64,000 nt of DNA. It comes from Balanoglossus misakiensis (Eukaryota > Animalia > Hemichordata). The translations under genes and the position numbers were made by a program. The stretch lies in the NCBI GenBank assembly GCA_040954595.2, contig CM082592.2:10626731-10690730 (forward strand). The letters are read 5' to 3'. Positions 1 to 12,746 of this stretch are shown here, piece by piece (the first letter of the stretch is position 1; every line of letters begins with the position of its first letter). The notes beneath the pieces were generated by a model that saw only the letters and a list, made by a program, of their open reading frames with translations, ran no database searches and was not told where the DNA came from.

Positions 1-885
1 TCAATTCCACTCCAAACGCCAAACAAAGACAGAGCTGCTATCAAAAAAACGCAGACCCTGTGTCGCTATGTTGCAGACATGAACGAGTATGCCATGATTA
101 TTGGTTCTGTACTTCACAGTAGGATGAAATAATTTCAAAAAAATTTCACTGTCCAATTTGACCCCTATGGTACTTCTGAATAAAGTCTACACACCGAGCA
201 TTCTTCAGCTAAAACTGATGAAGTTTCCAGACCTCATCATGATATATTGCTGTACTAAAGGACTGTGACAGCCAGATAATTATTTTACTCCCTGCCATTG
301 ATGCGACAGATTTCAAAGAATTTATGCTCTGTACTCCTAAAATCTTTTCGGTATTTCCACACAAACTAACGCACTTTCTGTGATCTGTACTGGCTTATCA
401 CAATAGGCCAAACTAGGAATTCAACTGAACAGTGGTGCAAACAAAACCACATGTGAAGGAACTCATGTATTTTATTGTGATATAAACCAGAGAAAATTGC
501 AATTGTCACAGATGTACCGAGTAAATCCTACAAGAATGTTTTGAGGAGGATTTTGAGAGATCATTTCTGTTTTATTGGTCTGTGGAGTACTTCAATAGTC
601 ATTTTTATAGAGAAAGATTGGGTAATATCGGAAGTATCGTACTCGATTTATGAGGAAAATAAAACTATCTTAGCCATAAAATTCAGTCCCTGACAGAACA
701 AATACTGGTTTTATCATCCTTTAACAGTCAGACTTCACTGAAGGCTCATACTGTTTTTAGAGAAAAACTAAATGATTTTTCCTTTAAAATGAATTTAAGC
801 TCTTCACATGTGTAGAAAAAGAATAATGAATAAAACATGGATGTCAACCATGCTGTGAGTGTCTAGGACATCTTGAATATCTCAC

Positions 886-3800
886 CTTCTCTCAGCTCTT
901 CTACAAACTGATCTTGCAAGGTGTAACGTGGCACTGGTCTTTCCGCCAGACTGAAAATCAAAAAATGAGTTAATACACTCACTAATAGTTACAAATAAGC
1001 ATGTATTGATAGCATCCAAATGAAGATTTTGTCTGGCCTAGTGACTCCAAGATTTCATTCCAGAGGAAAGACTATTATTTATTGAATTCTGAGTTCGGTC
1101 ATTCCCACAGGGACAAGAGAATGAGATGTTTACAAACTGATATTCCCAGCTCTTTTAGCTTAGAGTAAAACAAATATTTTGTTGTTTCAACTGCCCTACA
1201 AAGTCGGTAACATTCTGTTAGCATGGCTACAGTGTTAGTTTCAATACTGGGCAAATGTAACCAAATCTTCTGTTGGCAGCAATGTCAGAATTCCCAATTC
1301 CCGGCAAATCAGCTCTAATTACTTCCAGTGCCATGTATCTGTTTCGTTCTAGAGTCTGGGAGATCTGTATTGAAAGTCTCTGACATTCCAGCCATGTGTG
1401 TTTTGGCCCCAGGAAAAAGCATAGTGTTCACTGACATGTATGATACATGAACACTAATGGGGTGATATGATTTACAATTTGGCTGATGTCTACAACATGG
1501 CATTATAGAATGATTTCAAGGTGACCCTGAAATCTACTTTCAGAGATGTTACAGTTACCTTATGAAAATTCCAGTGTACAGTGTATATAACCAAAGCATA
1601 CCGGTACATAAACTACTACCAGATGCTCTGTAAACTCCTTCACACATTTCATTAGTTTCCATTGTCAAATGGTGTTAAACATCGGAAACGTATCTCATAA
1701 ACTTTCCCTTTCTTCCAGTAAACAAATAGATCACACCAAAACACAGGCAGCGAGTTTTGCTGTGTTCGGAAATGAAATGATGGTTACTGACAAGGCAATC
1801 ATTTGAACGTATATGGTACGCCTTACAAAGTGTTCTTTTGCATTTATTTTGACTGTTGGGTGCATGAGAAAGGGCACTGAGTAAGGGAACAGAATGCTGA
1901 AATAACACTCAGAAATATTGTGGGTTGAATACCACAAATTGTGGTATGTACCAGATTCTCTGTTTAGAAAATAACCACAACTGAAATTGTTCAAAGCAGG
2001 AAAGTTCACTTGGGTGTTTGATGCCGCTCTTGATGATGATGTTGAACAGTCCCTGTGTACGTTAATAGTCAAACAGAAAAGAATGCAGTTTCACCTCAGT
2101 TTGACATCCTAGAACTTGCTCCCTGTAAACTTACATGTATATGGGACCCAAATGCATTTAACATTCAATTATGACTCTGAGGGTGTTTGGGGGAGATTGA
2201 TTTCTGCCAAGTAGCTCTGAACACGCTGGTTCGGATGATCTTTTGACCGGGGTGTAAACTCACAAATCTCCGGAGGGCTGTGATATGGGAGAACGCTCCA
2301 CTGAAAACCAGCTGCTGGGATTCTTAATATTACAAATTACAGAATGCATTTGGAGACTGACTCTTGAAAGGAAGTCAAGGCCGGAATTCTGTGCCAAGTA
2401 CTAGTGATGATTATTTCAAACCCCATCAGAGTTTCTATTTTTGGTTAACGCTGATTTGTCACTAGGGAGACATCACTTGTTTTATTTTCTGAGGGATGTT
2501 GTGTTCCAGAGCAAATTGCAGATGAGTTGTTGATATTGAGTTTTTTCAAAGGTTTACAAAAGTGTGGTCCGTTTTAGAAGGTGTCATATGTATGTTTCAG
2601 GTAAAGAGTGTACTTACAGGTAGTATGAAGTTTCTCAGAGGTGGTAGTTGGTCTGTGTATATGTCAATCCAATTTTCAAGTTCCACAACAGCATCATGGT
2701 TGAACTCAGTTCTCTCTGAAATAATAAGTACACATGTACAATCATATTTGATAACTTGTAGTCAATATACTCAAATTCATATGTGTAGTTGCCAGTATCA
2801 CTCTTTTGTCATAAGCAAACAGCTATTGCAATTACTGTCACTTACTTAGCTTGCTTTCTGAGAGCGAACTTCTTGGTGTTGCTATGTGGGAAGCCACGTC
2901 TTGAAGTAGACACTGGATCTGCGATAAAATTGAGAAAATGGACAATACATTAAGGACTGCACTGTGTAATGCATAAGTGTGTACTGAATCAAAGAATGCA
3001 GTAACAACTCAAAGACAAGGTGGGGGATCTTTTCACTTGGCCACCCAAGTGAAAATCTGTGACAGGCTAGCGTTTCCACTTTTCATGGTATCTGTAGCTA
3101 AATTTGCATAGATGACTGTATTTAGAGCAATTTTTAAACTTTTCCATGCATCTGAACATCTTTCTATAGTGGGTACAATAACTTTGGCTGTATCTTCAAT
3201 GAAACAATTAAGAAAATCTGAGATACTCAATATTTAAGTATTTATGTAGGTCAGAAATACCAAGGCAAAGATATCTTTGATCATAACCTATATTTAGAAC
3301 TATCAATACAGGTCACTCTACACATCATGCTTTCAATCTTGATCCTGGCTGTTTTCAACCTCTGAGTTCACTCCAAATCTGCTCAGGGAATATTAAAATG
3401 CAACAGCAATGATTTGGTATGTGCAAATGAAAACAAATATGAACTACATCATTCAGCGGTATAGCGATACTTCAAACAAGGAGCTGATCCCTACAAACAA
3501 GCAGTCTCGGAAATGACATTCCATGGAAAATTGTGGGAAGACGTACTGCTGTGATGGAAATCAACAAATGAGTGATTCGTTCAGATTGTCTTCTTTACAC
3601 ACATGTGTTGTAGTACAACTTATCTAGGGCCCGACCATGGTTCAAATTAACCTCTCTTGCGATAAGATTTGGTTTCTTGCAACTGTTCAAGTTTGACCAG
3701 GCCTATCTTTTTGGTAGAAATGGATTCGTATATAATACACAGATCAGACAAGTCTAGCAGATGTGAAACTTTGAAGACAGTGGTCTGGTGGTCTAGAGGT

Positions 3801-6158
3801 TCAAAACCAGTTCACTAACACATCATAAATCATTTCAACATTTTTTCGTGTTTCTCATTCCTCGGCTGCTTCTGGCAATTAGTGTTGTAAGAAACAACTG
3901 CATATGGGAGAGGGAAATTTTCCGGGAATGTTTAAAACATATGTGAGATGTTGGACAAGTCCGTGGACGGAGACACAGTAGGCGACACTGGGGGTAATAT
4001 GTGGTTATGCAGACAGACTACCATGAAGATTCCACTTACCAAAGTTTAACACTGATCACGAAATTTACAATTTTTGTGACAATGAATCATTGGGAATGGA
4101 ACTTTAAGCACCAAGGTAAAGTACGAAGTAATTGGAGACAGGAGAAACCAAGATTGACAAATTACTCATTTGTAATTATTTTACTCTAAAAGAGACACAT
4201 CGCCAATTCTTGGGAAAATGCTGGACATATACTGCATACTCTCCCACCCTCCCCTGAAATGAGACCATTTTCATCAAAATCTCTATAAGCAGGGGATCAA
4301 TTAAATCGGTGTTGGTTTTTGTCAGGCAAGTATGTTGTAAATAAACAAACAAACTGTTCTTTAGTATGTGTCCCACAACCCTGGTATCTACTAGTATATG
4401 TGGGTGCAAACTTGAGATTTGTCTGCATTTCTGACTTCCCTGGACAAGAAGATAAAGTATCAGTTATGACTCAGCCTCTAGCTATGCCTCACACTCAACT
4501 CAGTTCACGGGACACTCAATATCACTTCCAGCTTGTACAAGTGGTCTTGTGTAATTGCTGATAGCTTAGTATCCTGATATATCTACCACATACATTGCAG
4601 GAAAACGTTTTTGGTGAAACAAGTTGCATCTAGACCGGGGGATGGGATGATTCACCCCCTGTTGACATGTTAGCAACCCTTTGTTCATGAAAGTCAGTTT
4701 TCAAAATCAAGTGACAAAAATTTCATCATAAGTGCATACAACTCAGGTTTTCTTCGCCTTCCAGAGGAAAACAAAAGAAAGAAATGCATGAGTGCAAAGA
4801 TGGCGCTTTTCTCACCTGTTCTAACTTGTCACCAAAGGTATGTTTGGCTTCTTCACTGAATTCTCTGGCCAACCTGTAAAAGAGATAGCTTTTAAAGTGG
4901 TGAAAGAAAGGCTGTAAGGATGGACAATTTACGGAGAATTTTTGACAACCTTGACATTTTTCTTGTCTCCTGTCATGCCAATGTAATTGGGCGTCAATCA
5001 CTCAAACTGCCTCTTGGTGCCATTATTCATCATCACATTCAGTCTGATTGACTGACTGATTGATTGAACAAGACTCCAAAATATTCCACTCAAACATAGT
5101 TCTTTATTTGCCTCATCCTAAAAACAATACCAAGTGGCAATTCCAGCCATGCTCAAAGTCATTTATTCTGTGCACAAGGAATGTCAAGTTCAAAGTAATG
5201 AAACCCTCGTTGTAACACTGCATTTTCCTCTGACAACTGCTAATTGATAATGTCCAACAATGAGAGAAACATACCCAATTGTACTGGTGAGTTCATCTGT
5301 GGTTCCCAGAGCTTCAAAGATGTCATCATCTTTCGGTCTGCGTTCACCGCTGAATATACTTGACATTCCTGTTCAAAACAGTTTGAAAAGAAATCAACTA
5401 GAACATGTTCGCTTTTCAAGACCTTAAATTCATGTTACATCTTACAAGCATGTAAAAGATGGCAAGATTTTAGTGCATGATTGCTGATCCTTGCCACAAT
5501 GTATATTGTCTTACCTTTATCACCTGTCCGTGTGTATATGCGTATCGCCTTTGCCTTTGTTAAGTCATCGCTAGGAAGTGAAAAGGAAGATTTTAGGATT
5601 ATATTTGCATTTGGAATTTATTGTTAATAATTTGCTACATAGTGTTAAGGAAAGTGCACTTCGTATCATTTTATACTATGAAAAAAACATCCCATATTGA
5701 TGTTGGAACTGAAAAACCAAGAAAAAACATCACCCATGATAAATATACATGGAAATGAAATGGCATAAGTTACCCTAGCAACAAAATTTCAAATGAATAA
5801 GTTCAAAGTGGGCGGGGCACCTAGTTACTGTTACCACAACAAGGCAGGTAGCCACGCCCCCCGCCACGCTCATTGATCTCTTTCAAAAATGGGCGTGGCA
5901 CCGTGTTTATGCAACAAAACACGTAGCCACGTTCCTCGATCATTCGGTTTTAAAAGCTACTCCTCCAGCCAGTGAATTTTTACAGTCCGATTGCCTTTTT
6001 TCTACAGTAAGGCTCACAAAGACACCAAAGCCAAGTGACTATACCTACCTTTTTGATCCAGTACTGTAACACACTTTGGGAATGCAAGCTTTAGATCGTC
6101 CATTTCCAAAGAAATAAGCTAACTGACGAGAATATGCGATTAAGCGGCTACTCGACAT
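886..6158 (-). CDS. MMAB: Cob(I)alamin adenosyltransferase, mitochondrial (MMAB); partial, last exons lie left of the window
   Basis: GT-AG exons 6049-6158, 5515-5570, 5275-5368, 4816-4873, 2846-2918, 2618-2715 and 886-950 splice in frame to [28 protein letters not shown]...[47 protein letters not shown]...[15 protein letters not shown]...[42 protein letters not shown]. These are PduO-type adenosyltransferase motifs. The N-terminus is R/S-rich and acid-free, like a mitochondrial presequence. Confidence 0.95.
5769..5900. promoter_or_regulatory. Promoter-like motif cluster in MMAB intron 1 (RFX X-box plus GC/KLF boxes)
   Basis: GTTACCCTAGCAAC (X-box consensus) at ~5769-5782, GGGCGGGGC ~5809, GCCACGCCCC ~5851 and GGGCGTGGC ~5890, in otherwise AT-rich intron. 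Confidence 0.45.
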
Positions 6159-7021
6159 GATGAAATTCTTACAGGTGATAAATTTACAGATGCCGCATGT
6201 CCAATTTGACAGAGAAGGGAGTACGTATACAAAAAATCGTCTGCAACCATCAGCTGGTGGTTTGGTTGTTCATCGTTTCATTCCCTGTAAACAGCGCCCT
6301 CCGCGTATGGCCAGGATTTTTTCTTTGTTTTTTTTTTACACATTTTTCATCGATGCGTAAGAGTGTTGACTTTAAAAGTGACAATTTAGTAGCTAGACTT
6401 ACTAAAATATGCAGCCAAGCATTTTTTCCCATCCATACAAGTCTCAATAAAACACAGCCAAGTGATCACTTTGCACATTCTTTATTTTTATACAAATAAA
6501 ATTTCAAAACATGGAAATAAACATACAAAAAGGGGTAAACAAACCGAAATAGTCGTAGGGCTATGGAAAATTCATTTTTAAGTTATCAAAGGATAATACA
6601 TATTTTCCAGAATGTCGTATGAAATCTCTTATGATTCATGAATATTCCAATAAACGACAAAAGTCATTTCATGGCTGGATAAGGAAGCACACATCACATC
6701 TTCTTGAGCATAAATTCCTAAATGTCGTGCGATCTTAAAGTCCAATGCTGTACTTGATAAAGGACTCAATAAGTTAACAATCTTTGTCCAGGGGACTGAA
6801 GAAAATTTCCAATGCAAAAGTGACAAAAATCATCACACTAAAGATAGCATAGACAATTGTAAAGACAGGACAAGAACTTCATCAATTTTATATTTTGTGA
6901 CTACATCTAGAGGATATACTAGTCTCACTTTTAATTCTTTAATTGCAACATCGCGAAAACATTTGCAACATTAAGAGGTAATTTTTCTGTGATTCCACGT
7001 CATATTTTTTCTTGCTGTTTT

Positions 7022-10000
7022 CTAGGAGTCTCCCTTCAGTGATCTCATACCAGCTCTCATTATTTCATCCACCAGTAATAAATTAGAGGCTATGACCGTG
7101 CTGAAAGAACAAGAAATTCATTGTTGTTGAAGGATTTTGAACAGTATTACAATTTTACATATTGATGTGCTTGTATCAGAAAATCTACTGAAGTTGATCA
7201 AGATTGTGTTCAAATCCACACTTACCTGGAATGTAGCAACTGTTTTTTCACGCAGTAGTTATCCCATATACCAGAGTCGCCTGGAATCAATGCTTCACCT
7301 GGTCAAATTCAAATTCAAAATGATAATCATTGAATATATGACAGAATAACATGTACAGTTATATTTAAAACATGACACCAAGATTGTCACTATGTAATAA
7401 ATGGACACACCACAGGTTTTAAGAGAAGTTTTGATGTAAAAGAACCATGATCAATCTCACCTGAATTGAGATCTAGACCTACAGGCTGGTTGGCTTCAGA
7501 ATATTCTTCTTGCAGTTTGACTATAGTTTCTTGTGCATCCAGTCCAGAATTCTGTGCTAAGACTTTGGGTATAACAAGCATTGCTTCAGCAAATGCCTGC
7601 ACACCTAGCCTAGCACGTCCCTTGACAGTTTCCTTGTGTTTCATCAAAGCTTGGTGCACAGCGATCTCAAATGCACCTGCTCCAGGAACCACAGCAGCTG
7701 AGAATGGAAGTGAAGGAACTTTTAGTGAAGGTGTACAGCGCCATCATCAGTGAAAGTCAAAATCTTTTGTTCTAGTCTGCAATACCTTTTTGTGAGAAAA
7801 ACAGCCATGCAAAACTTACCATCTTCAATAGCATTCTTGACAGCTCTCAACCCATCATGGACAGCATCATTAATTTGGGTCAGTGTATGCGTGTTGGGGC
7901 CTTTGATCAAAATTGTCACTGAATGTGGGTTCTTGCAGTCTTCAACAAATGTGTACTTGTCTTCTCCCTAAAACATTTGAGATGTTGAGATGTCAATCAT
8001 AAAGATATACAATGTATGCCTTATGAATAATGGTCATATTTATCTCTTTTGTCATATCATCAAAATGATAAATTCCTATCAGAGATAAATAAAAGACAAA
8101 TATCTTACCAGTACATGTTCATACACAGATCCAGCAAAGCCTAGATTATCCTCAGTCAAATCATCAACAGAGTTCATTGCCATCCCTCCACAGGCAAGGG
8201 CCAATCTAAGGTTAATATAGCAAATGTATAGTGTGTATGAACAAGTGATCAATGTAAAAATCATTCATAAATTAATAATACAGGTTACTCATTCAATTGT
8301 AAACATTTTGCTAGTTTTAAGGTCGTGTCATTGTTGCACGAAACTTTACCTTTCCATGTTTCTTCGTTTTGCACGTCTCAATGCAACAATGCCTTCCTTG
8401 GCTAACATGTCCAGGGAAAGTGGATCAATGCCCTGCAACACAAAAATGTTGGAAGGGTGAGTAAAAAATATGAAGTCATGTTTCATGCAAATGTATCCTG
8501 CATGGAACAAATTTACAAAAGTTATTCACCTTTTGGTTGATAACAACAAATCCCTTGTCGTTTCCTTCACAGACTTTCTGTTTTAGTTCAATGACCTTTC
8601 TGACTTTGGAATCTGTGAAGGCTCTCTCCGCTTGCACTAACTTCTCTCTCTCAGCAGCCGACTTGTAGAAGAAACCAGCGTTGACTTCACTGAGGAATTA
8701 ACAAAGAAATATTCTCATTAACATGTTGTTTACATAAATAGCTGCTCCCAGCTACCATAAATTTCAGACATGCAAGTGGCAGTCAATAATACAAAAAAGG
8801 TTTTTTTACTCACCTCTTTTCATACTCCATGGAAACATTGCAAGTCAGTATATATGCATCAGATACATGCTTTTTCATATCCGGGTGTCTGGCTCCATGA
8901 TCCATCACCAAACCTCTTACAAGTTGAGTATCTGTTGCTGTCTTGTGTAACATCTTCATAATTTCCACCATGTGTAAGTCAATGGGCTCATTGTCTTTGC
9001 GAATAGCCAGTACTGCGTCCACAATCACCTAGGGCAATATGAAACATCACCAATGTGTTCATTTTGTGAATTATTTATGAAATTGAAAAGCAAGGGCATT
9101 TTTTGGTAATATGCTCAAGGAAGCATTAATGGTGGTGAACGGGTTTAAACAATCTTACCTCGGTAAGTACATCTGCTAGTTCTGCGTGTACTTTAGTTCT
9201 CAGTGATGTTCTGGCTACATTGATAAGAGTGTCCCTATCCATCTCTTTTGACAACTTGATTTCATCTAAAACTTGCAATGCCTTGTTCTTGGCAATCTCA
9301 AAGCCTTCTGTCAGAAGTCTTGGATGTACTCCCTGCAAACCACAAAAGTCAATGTAAGCATCATTCAGGCAATAGTTAAATAATAACACATGTTAGCGAG
9401 GGCAATTATCATGATCTTTAGCCTGCTCGAGGGATGGTGATCTCTGACCATAATAGTGACGATGCCCGAGCTGCAGTTGTCTCCTCATGGAGGATGAAAA
9501 AAAAACAGAGTTACTTTGGTCCTTCTAATCCTTCTATGCCACTGACCTCAGACACAAATACATCAGCCTGTTTCAGTAATTCTCCAATGATGAGGACATT
9601 GGATGTTGTGCCGTCTCCAGTGATGTCATCTTGTGCAGTAGCAACCTTGGCGATCAGTGATGCTGTCGGATGCTGAATTTGCTGTGAAAATAAAAGGGTA
9701 ATACATTGTCTCTTACTTAATGTTAGTAAATACTAAGAGTCACTTTAGACATTCCCTGAAATCTTCAAAGGAGGCAGCTGAACATTGTGGCTTTGACAGT
9801 AGACTACATTGGGAATTCAGTAAAAATGTTGTTGACTCTTGAATCAGGAACTGTCATCTTGGCTGTATCATGGTGATATTTTGTGCTGTATTGGTTTTAG
9901 TAATTCCACTGCTCACCATTTCATGAAGCAGTACATTGCCGTCCTTCGTAAGTTTGATGTCACCACTACCAGATACAAGCCTGGTGGAGCGAGAAAAAGT

Positions 10001-10739
10001 AAGACAGAACAAGTTAGTGATCTTCGTGTAATGACACTGGTAGTACATGTATATGATTGATATGTTACTATACTAATAGCTAACTTGAGCACCTGGTTGA
10101 GATTATTGACACCTAGGATTGGTGTCAACAGATGCCAGCCATAATTAAATAAATAACTGTTTATAGATTTTAACCGTGCAGGAAACAGGTGAATATTATA
10201 TACAGTGGTCTAGTATTTGAATTAATGAATAGTAGTCACGGATCCAACATGTCCAGTACATGTATTGTTGGCACTGTATGTATGTACATTGTAGCACACT
10301 TGCCCTTTCAGACTCTCAAAGTGTTGCCAGGGGCGCCCACATGCATGGAAACACTGACACTAGGCTTGGAGATTGTGAAAGGCAAGCCCAAGTGAATATT
10401 TTGCGCAAGACCATTGGATATCAAACATTCAAAGTTTTCCATGGGTTCACATCCTGGTGATCCAGTGTACATTATAAATCCAGCTATTCTGAAACACGTG
10501 TTCTGGTCCCATGTTCTGCTACATCATGTCACACGCGCCCGCTGTTGCTGTCACATGTCGCGCCCAACGTTCCACTCAGCAAAAAACAAACACACTTACA
10601 TTTTTATTGTTCCCTTTGGACCGAGATTTGTTTTGAGAACATCCTGTAAACCCCTCGCAGCACTTATATTAATCGCTAAAGCCTGAGCGGCTCTCGCAAC
10701 TTCGGCTTTGGGATTCAACGATTTGATTGCGGACGCCAT
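7022..10739 (-). CDS. CCT6: T-complex protein 1 subunit zeta (chaperonin CCT6)
   Basis: Starts [44 protein letters not shown] (exon 10600-10739), then [21 protein letters not shown] (9917-9980), [35 protein letters not shown], and ends [18 protein letters not shown] (TAG at 7022-7024). About 13 GT-AG exons. Confidence 0.97.
9388..9492 (-). ncRNA. Candidate intronic box H/ACA snoRNA (CCT6 intron 3)
   Basis: Sense to the host gene: hairpin CCATGA..GAC..TGC/GCA..GTC..TTATGG, hinge AGATCA (ANANNA), hairpin CGAG..GC/GC..CTCG, then ACATGT. Vertebrate CCT6A is a known H/ACA snoRNA host. Family not identified. Confidence 0.45.
10287..10470 (-). ncRNA. Candidate intronic H/ACA-like RNA (CCT6 intron 1)
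   Basis: Minus strand: hinge AAAATA, long hairpin CTTGCCTTTCA...TGAAAGGGCAAG with inner AGTGTT/AACACT pairing, then TGTGCT-ACA-ATG. It forms a GC-richer island in the intron. Confidence 0.4.
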
Positions 10740-11105
10740 TTTAGATTCCTTTCTTAAAGTCGCGTCTATTCACGCGAGACTTTGCCAACCTTATCATAAG
10801 TCGATTGCAGGGTATCATTCCGAAATAAAACATTGTAATTAAAGTTGTCTGTAGGTGGTTAAATATAAAAAGAAGAATCTTCATGGTTGCCGAAGAAACT
10901 TAATAGCAAAATGCTTATCTTCTTTACTTCCAAGTTATCGGTCAGTTACCTTTGAACTTCTTATCTAAGTATCACGTGACACTTGCGACGACGTAACTTG
11001 GCTTCGCCGGTTGCAGCGCACGTACGTACATTTGGCTTCGGAAACCTCTGGCAGAGAAAATACGGTTTATTTACTGATTCTACAGGTTGGATCAGAAAGA
11101 TCAAG
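10740..11105. promoter_or_regulatory. Bidirectional promoter CCT6/POR with probable non-coding POR exon 1
   Basis: Head-to-head genes, CpG-enriched patch at 10970-11040, E-box ATCACGTGAC ~10971, and a plus-strand donor AAG|GTAGGC at 11105/11106. The POR ATG exon is preceded by an acceptor at 13200. Confidence 0.6.
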
Positions 11106-12653
11106 GTAGGCGGCTTGATTAACAAAATCATACTTTACATGATCAGTCTTGAACCTTCGCGATCTCAAGGTCACTATGACATCATGCTGATTTCATTCAG
11201 CTGATTCATTGCGCTGTGGTCACGGATCAGATTGGGGACTGTGATCGTCTGTGGGACGTCCATGATCTGGGTGTAGAGGACAAGTATGAGCTCCTACCCC
11301 TTGGTCTGGGCACTCTCTTTGTCTGTGGTCTGGGCATGGAGATCTGTAGAGCATACATGCGACATTTTCTCATGCAGTAGAATTAGTGTTGTGATAATGA
11401 AGTTGCACTACTGCAAAAGTACCATAGCAGTACTGATATTCTCAAGATCACTAATATTAAATTATTATATAAATGCGAAACAATCATCTGAACGTGGTAT
11501 GCAGATTGTCTTAACCATTCTGAGTTATGATTATCCAATGATATTTGAGTCTTGTTTGTGCTATTAACTTTTAATTAATGTCACTCTCCAATTTTCTGTC
11601 TATCAACCTCGGATGTTCATTGCAAGCATACATGTTAACATGACATTAGTGACCAGTGTACATTCATTCACATTTTCTATCACATGTACTGGTATACATA
11701 CATATAGGTTACTGGCAAGGTTAAGTGGTTTCACGTGGGTCAAGCAAGGCTAAATATTGCATACATCACGTGGCCCAATGTTAATTTAATAACAATAGTC
11801 CTTGCAAGGTTGTGATGCATACAGTTAGAAAAATAAATTCATATTTTGGGGAGATAAAGAAAGATCTATCACATTGTAGCACTATCAACCGATGAAGTAG
11901 GTTAGTTCAGTTTGTCGAACCACAATCCTGTGGTCGAACAAATGTTTAACTGAATGAGGAAACAATATTTTTGAAGTAGACTGTAATTATAATGTGATTA
12001 CATCCATGTAATTGTTGGTAATTAATTGACATTGTATCAAATTATACAAAGTGGTGAGTTATATGCAACAAAACAAAAGATACTAACTAATTTTTAAGTA
12101 AGAGTCCCGACTGGTTCGCAGCAGAAGAAGAAACAGAACTCAGTGACACATGACCTTTGCCCTTATTGAAACTGGTGTACGTGTTGCTCAACCATGGTGG
12201 TTTTGCTAGCTTGTTGCCCTTTGACCCTATGTACATGGTCTTTATGCTTGCTTCACGTGAATTTTCCTTGATGTGTGTACATGCACTGTTTGTGTGTCAC
12301 AGTCTGTGCCTAACTTTAGGAATCCAGACAACATCTTTATCATATTGCTATATTTAGCTCTTGACAACAAGGTTGGTGTATTTGTTTAGTTTAGCCTTTT
12401 TGACAAGAATGTGAATTTATGTTAATTTTAACTCCTACAGTATTCAGAGTCAGTGTATTTCAGATTTCATGAATGTTTATTTCAATATAATATGCCCTGT
12501 TCTTGTCATAATGATTATTCTTTTGGCCGTAATCTTGTTCTAGATGTTATGATTTTTGTCATTACTCATAGAACATACTTTTGTTGTCATGGTGACTGGT
12601 AATGTGAGCTTCAAAGGGAAGAATCTCTTTAAGCAAAATTGTCATGGTTTCCT

Positions 12654-12746
12654 TTAACCCTTTCATCAGTATGGTCCAGTCCAAATTTATTGTTTTCTAT
12701 GGGAAGGTTGGACCTCTATAGAGGGAACTGGGGGTGAAAGGATTAA
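12654..12746 (+). mobile_element. ~90-bp MITE, TTAA-flanked with CCCTTTCA/TGAAAGG terminal inverted repeats (piggyBac-like ends)
   Basis: TTAACCCTTTCA...TGAAAGGATTAA. The internal sequence (GTTGGACCTCTATAGAGGGAAC) recurs at 43188-43278 (-) and 33078-33165 (+). Confidence 0.7.

Noticed and set aside
5635-5652. U12-like branch point TTCCTTAAC plus AG on the minus strand in MMAB intron 1
   Set aside because: No matching RTATCCTT donor was found, and the intron has normal U2 GT-AG ends that keep the frame.
11205-11360. Hairpins in POR intron 1 as a snoRNA
   Set aside because: The pairing is short and no convincing H/ACA or C/D box arrangement could be built.
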